Assembly (NCBI GenBank): GCA_964586735.1
Contig: CAZPIN010000105.1
Coordinates: 1-62,686 of the forward strand
Direction of reading: 5' to 3'
Length of the DNA stretch: 62,686 nt
Source: an uncultured Rhodobacterales bacterium
Lineage (GTDB): Bacteria > Pseudomonadota > Alphaproteobacteria > Rhodobacterales > CAZPXZ01
Below, in pieces: positions 52,400 through 62,477 of the stretch. The notes beneath the pieces were generated by a model that was not told the origin of the DNA, searched no databases, and worked only from the letters and a program-made list of their open reading frames with translations. A program made the translations under genes and the position numbers. The stretch's first letter is position 1; each line of letters begins with the position of its first letter.

Positions 52400-55300
52400 T
52401 TAAAGGGCAACGACCGTGATATCAGGATCGATGAAGATTATGCCATCTGTTCCCTGATACCCGTTTCGCCCCGCTTCGTCTGTTTCCTTGTCACCCGTGG
52501 CCCCGCTAAGGCCACTTAGTGTTACGCGATCGTTGCCGTCTCCATCAATAATTAGCTTATAGTTCAATGCGCTGCCCGCAAGTACTGTCAAGTCCTCGTC
52601 GCTAATTGTGATCTTCGTTGAACCAATTCTAAATCCGTCGTTCCCTGCCAGCTCCATCTTGGTGATTCCGGTTAGCAACGCTAGGTCAAAATCGCTCAAG
52701 GTCAACGTTACAGTATTTCCGTCAATGAACTCCAACCGATCCGGTGTACCGTCGTTTGATCCACCCTCATTGTCATATATTCTAATGTCCATAATGCCGT
52801 CCATTGTAGTATCCCCTGTTCCGTCCATATCCTCGTCTAGTGGGCCTTCGGTTGCAAGGTCAAATTCTTGCCGTTCCGCTGTTGAATCAAAGTTCGGATC
52901 GAACCACCTGCGCACCGTCCTGCCAAAGAAGCTGAAAGTGGTGACATAGTCCACTTCGATGCCGGAAGGCGATAGATTATCGTCCAGGCTGAGTTTAACT
53001 CTCCTTCGATCCACTGGCGTTACGCCATCGCTCTCAAATGTCTCCAAAGAAAATCTCATGAGCGGTTCGGTGCCCTCAAATCTAACAGTGTCGGTGATAA
53101 ACCTGGATACACCGGGAATGACGTACTCATTGGCGACAAAGTCGTCAATCAATGTTTCCAGCATTTCTCTGCTTATGTCAGTATACCTTAGTGGAAACGG
53201 GAAACGAAATGCCCGTACTGCCTGCCAAACCAAATGATGGTCCACATCCGCGGCGTTTACGCCATGCCGCTCGAAAACCGATTCATGGTTGTACGCAGTC
53301 CCGTCGAACGCGTCCCCGGCCCGTATAGCGCTTCGATTACCGTCAATTACCTCCAAAACATCCAATACTCGAATTACCTCCACGCCTGAATCAACGTATA
53401 CTGTTCCATCAGAGCCTTGATACTCGTCCCGGCCGCTGGAGTCAGTACCCCCAGTCGCCACTATCCCACCTCCCAAGTCCAACACGCCGCCATCTGCGCC
53501 ATGAAAAACAATGGTATAGCCCGATCTGCTGCCAGCCAGGGCGGTCAGCGTATCGTCAGACAGCCTGAATGTTGAATCAACATCTTCACCGGAGAAGTGC
53601 ACATTCCCAATTCCTGCAAAGTCACCAGTCTCCGCTTCTTTGAGATTGAAAAAGTGAGGCGCATCTCTGTAGAAGTGAATCGCGTCAGGCGAACCATCTC
53701 CCAGTTCGTCATCCACTCCATATATGCGGGTTCCTTCGTCATCATAGAAATACTGCAGCTCGCGTACTAGTGTTTCATTTGTCCCGCTGTACACTAGTTC
53801 CCTGTCAATCTGCCCGTTTGAATTGAAGTGCCGTACCGCCACGTGATCCGTGCCGTTTAGCATACCGTCATCACCACGCTCCTCGTATCGTTCTACGACA
53901 GCGAGGTATCCCGCTGCATCATACGTAGTTTGTCGCCATGTCTCAAATGTTCCGTCTTCATCGTTGTCTGTACGTACTGTTTCAGTTTCTCTCGTGTTGG
54001 CCTGGACTCTGTAATTCGTTTCACGGCGAACCTCTAGTGTTCCGTTGTTGTCGTAATCTACTTCAAAAAGAACTTCATCGCCGTTTATGTTTAGTTCGCG
54101 CTTGTCAGAATGGTCTACTGTACCGTCATCTGCGGTTCCCATGTCCATATTCGAACCGCCAAGTCCATCATCGTATTCAATATGCAACTCCGATACGGCC
54201 ATACCATCTGGCGCATAGATCGTACGCAAACGCCTTTCAAAGTGTCCGTCGTCGTCCATATCAGTAACGTCATGCCTTTCCGTAAGTATGTCATCCTCCG
54301 TCCCATTGTCGCTTGTCGTACTGTATCGCAATTCTACCCGGCCTTCGGGTGTGCCGTCTCCGTCGACATCCGTGTAGGTAATTGTGGAAACAGCTTCATT
54401 CGTACCATTGCTGTCCATGTCAGTCTCCGTTCGATCCGGTCTACCATCCAGATTATCATCAAACACCGCATATTCAGAGGCCAATGTGCTGTCGTTCAGG
54501 GTAAGCCAAACGACAAAATTTTCCGAACTGCCTGCATCGTCGCTGTCAATCCCGAGCATGAGGGTCAAAGCGCCTTCTTCACCTTGGGAAACTGATGCGG
54601 ACACAATCGCGCCGCCTGTCGGTACAAAACGGTCTACAGCGTCCGTCAACGAGTCAACTCTTGTTTGGTTGAAGGTTGAGTAGAGGTTGAGAAGCACAAC
54701 CGACTCTTCGCGGCTATCCGTCTCCAAGCTGTCTAGAATAGCGTCCAGTGCAGCAGGGGTACCCAGTACCGAAACCGCCTGCGCGACTAGAACTTTTCCG
54801 TTTCGTCCCTGGTATTCGTCTTTTCCATCGATAACTCTACCCGTCGCGTATATGCCTCCATTGAAGGTCACGGAGTCGTTAGCCTCGCCATCAATAGCAA
54901 GTTCATAGCCGCTCTCGCCGTTTGCCATTGTCGTCAGATGAGTGTCATCCAGAGTAAGTCTGGTAACCCCTTCAGAAGACGAGTCCGTACCGGTGACCTG
55001 GTCCCCCGACAGCTTAATGGCATCAATGCCTGCAAACTCAACTGCGATTTCAGCAGTTACAACCACCTCGGTGCGATCGGGCACGGTCGGAGCGGGAGCC
55101 TGCGGGGGAGCAACTCCATCGGGGAACTTAACGCTGTCCAGAGTCCCATCTTCATCGCTGGTACCAGATCCGTCACGCAGGATGAAATCCGTTGTTCCGT
55201 CCTCATTAATATCGCGGTCAATCGATTCGTCAATACCATCATAGTCGCGATCTGCTTCAATGGTATCAATGGTTCCATTTCCGTCGCGATCCCGATGTAC

Positions 55301-58300
55301 GATAATTCCAGTTATGGAAAACGCCGCTGGAGAAACAATTATTTGCAGCATTCGGTCAACTGTTTGGTCACTGTCTTCATCTATGCCGATCACAAGTCTG
55401 TCCGGTATGGCAGACTGAGTGAATGGTATAGCTGGCTGCGCTGGTGCAAACACAGAAGAAATAACAGAATCGTCAGTTCCAAATACGCGGTGCTCGCCGG
55501 CGATATCAATTAACCCCTGTACCTGAGTCGAGGTTAAGTCGCGTAGCTTTGGGCTAGAATGCTGTTCGTTGTCGAAAGAGCCAATCAATCCTTTTATATT
55601 TTCCAGATTTCCCTCTGTTACATCAGTGAGTCCCGCCAGTTCAAACATCTTCAAAGTAGCTTCTCCCAAGTGGCGCAGCACTCCCGCGAGCGGGTCCAGT
55701 GCCCCTCGGACCTCCACGTCTGGGCCCACGTAGAATTTTGCATTCGTGCCCTGGTACTCACGCCGGCCTTGATCGTCCGTTCCTCCGGTTTGATAGATAA
55801 TCTCATTGCCATTGGTGGTTCCGTCTCCGATAATGACGAAGTCATCAACATTTCCATTCACCGGAGAATCTGGATACCCATCAACGGTAAAGGAGTAATT
55901 ACTGTCCAGTACGCCATTGGGGCTTGCCAATGCGGTGAGGGCATCGTCGTCAATTTTCAGAGAAACGCCAACACCGCTATAAGGCGGGTTGGGCGACTTG
56001 GTACCAGGTAACATAACCTCTCTCACTCCAGTAACTTCACTCCTAGTTGAATCCAGCGTTAGGTCGTAGTGTATTACCTCATCCGTTCCGAAACCAGCCG
56101 CAAAGAACTGCAATCGGTCTACCGTGCTGTCGTATCGGTTATCCGTTCCAAATCCGTCATACCTGGTGTACAGAGCTTCGCTGTTGCTTCCTAGATAAGT
56201 GTGATACTCCGCCCTGTCTCGAGTGCCGTCAGCGTCGTCGTCGAAAAACTGCGTATCAATACGACCAGTAGCGTCATAGGCATTGGTTTGAGTTTCATCT
56301 GCCGTTCCGTCGTCGTCGATATCCGTTTCAATTTGCACCGTTTCAATAAAGCCGTCTCCCGAGTACATGGTGATGGTTACTCTATCAACAACGTATGCGT
56401 CATCGTCGCTGTTTATTTCAACGCGAAGCTCTTCAAGCGCAGCCCCGTCGGCACCAAACGTTTCAAACCGGTGCTCATCACGTGTACCGTCAACATCCGT
56501 ATCAATAGCGGTAGTACGAGTTATCAGCAGCCCGTTGGTGAAATTAGAAGTTGCCACAGTCTCGTATGTTCCGTCCATGTTGATGTCGATGCTTTCGGTT
56601 ACGATATCTACCATGCCGTCAAAGTTGTTGTCGGCCTCCTGCCGGTCCCCAATGGTTCCATCATTGTCAGCATCGACATCCCGCACCATTTCTGTTGGTG
56701 CAAACGCTGCTGAATCGAGAGTCAGCGTAACCCGCTGATCGACTGTGCCATCTCCGTCGGTGCTGATACCAAGTACCAGCTGCTCCATATCCAGGCTAGC
56801 GATTTCCAACACCCCCCCAAAAGGCACTACAGCGACTTCGCCGGTGATTATTCCTGCTAATGCCCGTACTTGCGCTAGTGTAAGGCTTTCCCGAGGTGGC
56901 GTGGTTTCTTCGTTCCATTGCCCAATTACCAGCTTTACGGCGGAGAGATTTTCACTGGTCACACCGGGAATGGCTGCCGTGGCAAACAGTTCCACCGTAG
57001 CAGCGCCGAGGTTGCTGAGAATGCTCATTAAGGCGTTAAACAGCGTGAAGTCGACGATGATGTCCGAATCCAGCAATATCGTGCCGTGACTGCCCCTTAG
57101 AGCGCGATATCCAGCAGGAGTTTGGTCAACTGTCGCGTCCACGATCTGATCGTCTGTAACCGCAAGTGCTCCACTGGCCCCATTGACTGTAAGCACGAAT
57201 CCGACATCGGGGGTTCCATCGCTGTCCCTGTCTGACAGCCGGGTTAACGTCTCGTCGTCTATCTCTACACTTTGCTCACCACTTCCTTCTCCAAGATTGA
57301 TCTCGGTAATTCCCGCGAATTTCTCCACTTCGTTAGCGCCGAACGCCAGGTGGAAGGATACACCGCTGGCAAGCGTTAGCTTGTCGAGCGTACCGTCATC
57401 GTCTCCGGTACCCGTGCCATCGCTAAGGATGTAGTCAACTGTACCGTCATCATTGGAATCGTACGCGATGGTTTCGGCATTGCCGTCTGCTTCAGCGTCG
57501 GTTGCCACCGTCTCGTAGGTGCCGTCGGAGTCGTCATCGCGGCTTAGTGTTGCTCCAGAAACAGCAAAATTCGCAATATTTAGCGCAAGCGCCGCGCTCA
57601 GTTCAATCGCTGGATCCGAGTGGGTGCTTATGCCAAGCGTTAGTACACTCCCTGACCAGGCTGCAGAGTCAACGATTGCGCCAGCGGGCACGATCTCGGC
57701 GTCGTTGACAATGTCTACAAGCCCCTGTATCTGTACCTGCGTCAGACTGGTCAGAATTGGCGTGGTTTCCGCGCCGAAAGCACCGATGGTCGTTCGTACG
57801 TTTTCCAGATTGCCAGAGGAGATACCCCTCAGACCGGTCTGCTCGATCATCGCCAGCGTCGCGATGTCCAGATGTCGAAGCACTGCTGTCAGTGGATCAA
57901 CCGCTCCCATCACACTGACCGCCGGTCCTACTAGAACCCTGCCGTTCGTGCCCTGATACTCTTCGCGGCCATTGGCAGTGACGCCGGTTCCGTAGATTGC
58001 GTTTCCAGTAAACACCAACCGGTCGTCGCTTCCCCCGTCAATAACCAGTTCATAGCCGCTGTCTGGCGTACCGTCGCCCTTGCCATCCGCCAGCAGAGTC
58101 AGCTGCGCGTCAGAAATAGTAAGCGTTGTCCTTCCGGTTCCGATGCGGATGTCACCGGCCAGATCAATCGCGCGGATGCCGGCAAATTCCCTCGCAAGTG
58201 CATCGCGCAAGGCCAGGTTGTATTCCCCGGGGCCGGAAATCACCAGACGGTCTGGAACGCCGTCGTCATCGGACGTTCCCGTGCCGTCATACAGCATGTA

Positions 58301-60982
58301 CCCGACTGTACCGTCGCTGTCAGAGTCATAGGCCACGCTCTCGCTTGCACCGTCTCCATCGGCGTCGGTTGCCACCCTCTCAAAATTGCTGTCGCCATCG
58401 GCGTCCTCCAGTATCAGATTGTCATATGCGCCATCTCCGTCAGTGTCCTCGCGGACCGTTGCGCCAGCCGGCCCATAGGTTTTCGGCGCGAGCCCAATGA
58501 CAACTTCTCGCTCGTCACCAATGCGCTGGCCGGTGTCTATCCGCAGAGTCAGCGTGCCAGCCCCACCTCCCGCGCTCTCCGTGTACGCGGCGCTGGAGAT
58601 GGCCGCTCCGCTCGGTACGAAATTCGCTTCATCCGCGATTTCAGCCAGCGACTGCACCTGCGTCAGACTCAGGTTGGTGCGCATCGGATTGCTATTGCCG
58701 TCCCATGCCTCCAGCACCGCCTGCACATTGGCCAGATTGGCGCTGGTAGCCGTGGTAATCCCTGCCAGCTTATACATGGCCACGTCGTTGTCTGAAGCGG
58801 ACGGGTCGGCGAGTATGTTCCGCAGCGCCTGCGCAGACCTGTCGACTACCTCGACATTCGCGTCGACATGGACTCTTCCATTGGTGGCGATAAAGATTTG
58901 CCTCCCTGTCTCCGCCTCGGTTCCCGCGCTCGCAAAGCCGTGGGAGGCCAGAATTACGGCGTCACCTGCTTCGCCCGCGATGACCAACTGATAGCCGCTG
59001 TCCGGGGCACCATCTCCATCGCGGTCCGCCAGCAGGGTCAAATGCAAGTCGGAAATCGTTAGCCTGGTCGATCCATCCGTTCCTGCTATGTCGTCGGCAA
59101 AATTGATTGCCTGCAGGCCGGCAAACGCAGCTGCCAGATCGTCGGTCAGTGCCAGCGCGTAGGTTTTGCCATCCACAAACTCCAGCCGGTCTATGGTGCC
59201 GTCTGCCGGGTCGCTGGTACTGAAGCCGTCGACTGCCGTGTAGACGTGGTCCTCGTTGGCGCCGTCAAAGTAGCGGGTCGAGTCGATGTCTAACGCTCCA
59301 TCGTCGTTAGTGTCTTCGCTTATCTGCTCTCGTTCGACGAATCCGTCGTCGCCATAGAAGTACTGCCGCCGTTCATCGACGTTGTCGTCGCTGTCGGGGT
59401 TCAATTCCACCGTGCGCAGCCTGCCGTTAGCGTAGAATCTGGAGATTCTGTCTAAGCCGCCGTCGCCGTCCGTGTCCGATTCGATCCTATCCAGAGTGCC
59501 GTCTTCGCGGTAGAAGTAGAAGTCCGTCTTGTCCGCTTTGCCGTCTGGGGTGCCGTCCTCGGTCTCGCCATCGTCGTACACTTCGGATGCCAGCCGGTCC
59601 CCAATGCCGTCCCCGTCAATATCCATGTACAATAGAGTCCTGATCTGCCGCAGCAGCCTCGGGTCCGTGATTCCGGCTGTCTTCTCGTCCGCGTCCGGCG
59701 TTCCATAGCTCTCGACAGCGTCGACGCTGCCGTCTGCCGATTCGCCCGGCGTTCCGCTGTCGTCGATGGACCGTTCGATGACGTAGTTGCCGCTGCCGTA
59801 GGTAAAGCTCTCGATTCGGCTGTAATGCCTGACGTCGTCTGGATTCGAGGCGATACCCGCCACATCCACGGTCCCTTGGGCGGGAGCCTCGGCAATGCGC
59901 ATTTCGCTTGGCACGAGCAGTTCGTTCTGCACAATGTAAACCACCCGGTCCACATCACCTGTACCATCGCTCGGATTGTCAATCTCTAGTCGCAGCGACC
60001 CCGCATCGGCAACAAGCACGGCCTCGCCTCCCTCAGAGTCGACTGCCTCGTTGACGGTGTCAATCAGTACCTGCAGTCGTTGCCTCTGCACCGCACTGTC
60101 TTGGTTGACCAGCCCAACCAGCGCCCCGCTTGCCTCGTCAAGCTCGGCCTCCAGCACTGTCCTCAGATTCTTCAGATTGCTTTCCGTAACGCTATCCAGT
60201 CCGGCGACCAGAGCCCGTCCCGCCGTCAGCGAATCTGGATTGCTGAGAATTCGCCTTAAGGCGCTTTCGGGTGTCTCCCTATCCTCAGCGCCGCCGCTGG
60301 ATGCGCTTCCGGCTGCCAGCAGCAGCACCCCGCCAAGAAGGGCTGCGCCGCCGCCAGGAACGCCAAGCCACCAGCCGCCGTCTTCCTCTTCGCCCGTCGA
60401 CTCCTCGGCTTGTGCCGGAACGGTCGCCTCGGATGCCGGCTTGGCCGCAGCTGCTTCCTGCGCGGTTTCCCCGACTGGCGACGTCGGCGCAGACTCTGCC
60501 GAGACTGCCTGCGCCGTTCGGAGTGGGCTTCCGCCAACCGCCGCGTCCGCTTCAGTCCCTGCCTCTAGATTCGCTTTCTCATGCTCGGCTGCATCCCACT
60601 GCGTGATTTCGGCTGCCTGTGTGACTCTGGCAACTGCCTCTGGTGTCCGTTCGACGCCAAGCATCTCATCCAGATGGCTGCGGGAAACCGCCTCAAAAGA
60701 GATGATGCGTCCCGCCTCGGTAACCTTGACCACGAGGGCTCCGCTGTTACCGTCATTGACAAGCAGCGCGGGACTTCCAGCAGTGTCAGTGCGGAAATAG
60801 TCCTGTACCACCAGTGAGCGTCCGTCGGCCAGCTCTAGGATCAGGTTGTTGCCCTCGCGGTAACTGAGAAGAATCTCCTCAATGGCGACCTGCAGCCGGA
60901 CAGATTCAACGCTACCGCCGCTAACCCAGACCTCCCGCTCAGGGGGAGTCGTCATTGGCTGGGCAACCGTGTCAACGCTCAT
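52400..60982 (-). CDS. Giant Ca-loop repeat protein, family 2, with BapA-prefix/retention-like N-terminus (~2860 aa); probable T1SS-type adhesin
   Basis: The ORF track starts at GTG 61024; ATG 60982 follows GAGG. The N-terminus is SVRLQVAIEEILLSYREGNNLILELADGRSLVVQDYFRTDTAGSPALLVNDGNSGALVV (BapA-prefix-like). A hydrophobic segment follows (GGWWLGVPGGGAALLGGVLLLAAG). There are seven supermodules of the same A/B/Ca-loop type as 17053..22479. It ends in module A (...GYQGTDGIIFIDPDITVVAL). Confidence 0.85.
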   Translation of the reverse strand: MSVDTVAQPMTTPPEREVWVSGGSVESVRLQVAIEEILLSYREGNNLILELADGRSLVVQDYFRTDTAGSPALLVNDGNSGALVVKVTEAGRIISFEAVSRSHLDEMLGVERTPEAVARVTQAAEITQWDAAEHEKANLEAGTEADAAVGGSPLRTAQAVSAESAPTSPVGETAQEAAAAKPASEATVPAQAEESTGEEEDGGWWLGVPGGGAALLGGVLLLAAGSASSGGAEDRETPESALRRILSNPDSLTAGRALVAGLDSVTESNLKNLRTVLEAELDEASGALVGLVNQDSAVQRQRLQVLIDTVNEAVDSEGGEAVLVADAGSLRLEIDNPSDGTGDVDRVVYIVQNELLVPSEMRIAEAPAQGTVDVAGIASNPDDVRHYSRIESFTYGSGNYVIERSIDDSGTPGESADGSVDAVESYGTPDADEKTAGITDPRLLRQIRTLLYMDIDGDGIGDRLASEVYDDGETEDGTPDGKADKTDFYFYREDGTLDRIESDTDGDGGLDRISRFYANGRLRTVELNPDSDDNVDERRQYFYGDDGFVEREQISEDTNDDGALDIDSTRYFDGANEDHVYTAVDGFSTSDPADGTIDRLEFVDGKTYALALTDDLAAAFAGLQAINFADDIAGTDGSTRLTISDLHLTLLADRDGDGAPDSGYQLVIAGEAGDAVILASHGFASAGTEAETGRQIFIATNGRVHVDANVEVVDRSAQALRNILADPSASDNDVAMYKLAGITTATSANLANVQAVLEAWDGNSNPMRTNLSLTQVQSLAEIADEANFVPSGAAISSAAYTESAGGGAGTLTLRIDTGQRIGDEREVVIGLAPKTYGPAGATVREDTDGDGAYDNLILEDADGDSNFERVATDADGDGASESVAYDSDSDGTVGYMLYDGTGTSDDDGVPDRLVISGPGEYNLALRDALAREFAGIRAIDLAGDIRIGTGRTTLTISDAQLTLLADGKGDGTPDSGYELVIDGGSDDRLVFTGNAIYGTGVTANGREEYQGTNGRVLVGPAVSVMGAVDPLTAVLRHLDIATLAMIEQTGLRGISSGNLENVRTTIGAFGAETTPILTSLTQVQIQGLVDIVNDAEIVPAGAIVDSAAWSGSVLTLGISTHSDPAIELSAALALNIANFAVSGATLSRDDDSDGTYETVATDAEADGNAETIAYDSNDDGTVDYILSDGTGTGDDDGTLDKLTLASGVSFHLAFGANEVEKFAGITEINLGEGSGEQSVEIDDETLTRLSDRDSDGTPDVGFVLTVNGASGALAVTDDQIVDATVDQTPAGYRALRGSHGTILLDSDIIVDFTLFNALMSILSNLGAATVELFATAAIPGVTSENLSAVKLVIGQWNEETTPPRESLTLAQVRALAGIITGEVAVVPFGGVLEIASLDMEQLVLGISTDGDGTVDQRVTLTLDSAAFAPTEMVRDVDADNDGTIGDRQEADNNFDGMVDIVTESIDINMDGTYETVATSNFTNGLLITRTTAIDTDVDGTRDEHRFETFGADGAALEELRVEINSDDDAYVVDRVTITMYSGDGFIETVQIETDIDDDGTADETQTNAYDATGRIDTQFFDDDADGTRDRAEYHTYLGSNSEALYTRYDGFGTDNRYDSTVDRLQFFAAGFGTDEVIHYDLTLDSTRSEVTGVREVMLPGTKSPNPPYSGVGVSLKIDDDALTALASPNGVLDSNYSFTVDGYPDSPVNGNVDDFVIIGDGTTNGNEIIYQTGGTDDQGRREYQGTNAKFYVGPDVEVRGALDPLAGVLRHLGEATLKMFELAGLTDVTEGNLENIKGLIGSFDNEQHSSPKLRDLTSTQVQGLIDIAGEHRVFGTDDSVISSVFAPAQPAIPFTQSAIPDRLVIGIDEDSDQTVDRMLQIIVSPAAFSITGIIVHRDRDGNGTIDTIEADRDYDGIDESIDRDINEDGTTDFILRDGSGTSDEDGTLDSVKFPDGVAPPQAPAPTVPDRTEVVVTAEIAVEFAGIDAIKLSGDQVTGTDSSSEGVTRLTLDDTHLTTMANGESGYELAIDGEANDSVTFNGGIYATGRVIDGKDEYQGRNGKVLVAQAVSVLGTPAALDAILDSLETDSREESVVLLNLYSTFNQTRVDSLTDAVDRFVPTGGAIVSASVSQGEEGALTLMLGIDSDDAGSSENFVVWLTLNDSTLASEYAVFDDNLDGRPDRTETDMDSNGTNEAVSTITYTDVDGDGTPEGRVELRYSTTSDNGTEDDILTERHDVTDMDDDGHFERRLRTIYAPDGMAVSELHIEYDDGLGGSNMDMGTADDGTVDHSDKRELNINGDEVLFEVDYDNNGTLEVRRETNYRVQANTRETETVRTDNDEDGTFETWRQTTYDAAGYLAVVERYEERGDDGMLNGTDHVAVRHFNSNGQIDRELVYSGTNETLVRELQYFYDDEGTRIYGVDDELGDGSPDAIHFYRDAPHFFNLKEAETGDFAGIGNVHFSGEDVDSTFRLSDDTLTALAGSRSGYTIVFHGADGGVLDLGGGIVATGGTDSSGRDEYQGSDGTVYVDSGVEVIRVLDVLEVIDGNRSAIRAGDAFDGTAYNHESVFERHGVNAADVDHHLVWQAVRAFRFPFPLRYTDISREMLETLIDDFVANEYVIPGVSRFITDTVRFEGTEPLMRFSLETFESDGVTPVDRRRVKLSLDDNLSPSGIEVDYVTTFSFFGRTVRRWFDPNFDSTAERQEFDLATEGPLDEDMDGTGDTTMDGIMDIRIYDNEGGSNDGTPDRLEFIDGNTVTLTLSDFDLALLTGITKMELAGNDGFRIGSTKITISDEDLTVLAGSALNYKLIIDGDGNDRVTLSGLSGATGDKETDEAGRNGYQGTDGIIFIDPDITVVAL

Positions 60983-61364
60983 TCGCGCACCTCGTTTGCC
61001 AGTGGCTTCGTTGCTACCAGACACCGCTGCGGCTGGGGTTCCAATACTGAGGCTTGACCCAAAAAGCCGCCCGCAGCCGTGCGGACATTCTATCCGCCGA
61101 TTTGTTCGAGATGGGCCTTCGCAGCTCTAGGCCAAGCGCAGCCGCTGCCACACGCCATTTGCAGGACAATGTACTGATCGTTCGAAGCTGGCGGCTTGGT
61201 AGGAGGCCACCCTCACCCTGAGGGGGGTGCGCTTGTGCCCGCCGTCCGTCCACGCTAGACACGACCCGCAACGTTCGCTTGGCGGTCTTCCAGATTGGCG
61301 CTCGTGGACACAGGCCGGACGGGCATCTGTTGTGCCTGCTCCGAGGCAGCCAAGGGAGCGCATC

Positions 61365-62444
61365 ATGCAGGACGAAGCCAGCGAATCGAACCCTCAGGAA
61401 GTGGCCAGCAAGGACATCGAGTCTAGGCTGATCCACTTCCCGTATGACAGCATCCTGAGCTTGATGTTCGATGACGAGCAGTGTTGTACCGACTTTGTTT
61501 TGGACCACGGCGACAAGGACTTGGTCCGTCATCTGGCTGGGGGTCCCGCCTCGACTAAGCCCACCAGGCAGGTCGGCAATGGGCTGAAGCGCGCAGAAGC
61601 CGATTCGCGGTTTAGGCTGGCGACGACGGATGAGGAGATGTCCGACGTAGAAGTCACGGTGGAGTTTGATTCGGGCGGGAACGACACCAAGGCGTTCAAG
61701 AAGACGCTGGGCTATGTGCTCAGGGGAGTGCTTCGTTGGCTGAGAAGCGGTGAGGCCCCTCTCGCCTCCAGCGCGTTTCTCGTAAGCACGGGAGAAAGGC
61801 CGTATTCAGGCCCTCGGTCACTTGGAGAATTGGTGCCCGGGCTCGACCGCATGGGGGATTCCGCTCTGAATTTCATAATAAAAATTCTGGATTTTTCCCA
61901 TGTAGAGCCGAAAGATCTGGTAAGCAAGAACCAGAAGAATTCGGTCATTCTCCTGACTGTGTACTTCGCCGTTGCCTCCCGGCGCGCTAGAGCAGACTTT
62001 GATAGCTGGATGGACTTCATCTTCAGCCAGCCGAATGTCCGAGACGACGTACTGGCAGTGGTTGTGCTGTTCATGAAGTTCCTGTATGGTGACGCGTATC
62101 AGGCGGTGATGAAGGCTAAGCTCCGTTCCGCCCGACCCTATGACTGGAGGAATATCATGGATGCTGCAATCAGGGAAATCGTGGAAGCCGTAGGGCCAGA
62201 GTACGAGGCCCGCGGAGAGGCCCGCGGGGAGGCCCGCGGGGAGGCCCGCGGGGAGGCCCGCGGGGAGGCAAAGGGGAGGTCCAAGATACTCACCCATTCG
62301 CTGGAAAGCGTGTTTGGTGCCCTGCCGAACGGCTACAAGCAGCGCATCAGCGACGCCAGCGAGGAGGACATCCTGCGCTGGAACGTCAGGCTTCACGGGG
62401 CCACCTCGCTCGACCAGGTCTTCGACGACTCCGCTGATGACTGA
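61365..62444 (+). CDS. Rpn/YhgA-like PD-(D/E)XK family protein with (EARG)5 repeat and DUF4351-like C-terminal module (359 aa)
   Basis: The ORF track starts at 61227; ATG 61365 follows AAGGGAG (61352-61358). Core-like strings: AEADSRFRL...VEVTVEFDSG...LGYVLRG and FLVSTGERPYSGPRSL. The C-terminus is EYEARGEARGEARGEARGEARGEAKGRSKILTHSLESVFGALPNGYKQRISDASEEDILRWNVRLHGATSLDQVF. Confidence 0.75.
   Translation: MQDEASESNPQEVASKDIESRLIHFPYDSILSLMFDDEQCCTDFVLDHGDKDLVRHLAGGPASTKPTRQVGNGLKRAEADSRFRLATTDEEMSDVEVTVEFDSGGNDTKAFKKTLGYVLRGVLRWLRSGEAPLASSAFLVSTGERPYSGPRSLGELVPGLDRMGDSALNFIIKILDFSHVEPKDLVSKNQKNSVILLTVYFAVASRRARADFDSWMDFIFSQPNVRDDVLAVVVLFMKFLYGDAYQAVMKAKLRSARPYDWRNIMDAAIREIVEAVGPEYEARGEARGEARGEARGEARGEAKGRSKILTHSLESVFGALPNGYKQRISDASEEDILRWNVRLHGATSLDQVFDDSADD
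62205..62276 (+). repeat. In-frame 12-bp tandem repeat GAGGCCCGCGGR x5 plus one variant unit (encodes EARG x5, EAKG)
   Basis: Units start at 62205, 62217, 62229, 62241 and 62253, with the variant gaggcaaagggg at 62265. The duplicated copy downstream (62532-62591) has only 4 perfect units plus the variant. Confidence 0.92.
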
Positions 62445-62477
62445 CCGGCTGCTGCTGGGGCCAGCGGTGACTGGAGA

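Noticed and set aside
61060-61095. Small hairpin followed by a T5 run on the minus strand (CCGCA-cggc-TGCGG gcggcTTTTT), 40-75 nt upstream of the minus-strand giant gene. It could be an attenuator or terminator.
   Set aside because: The stem is only 5 bp (plus one wobble pair) and the T-run is separated from it by 5 nt. This is too weak to call.
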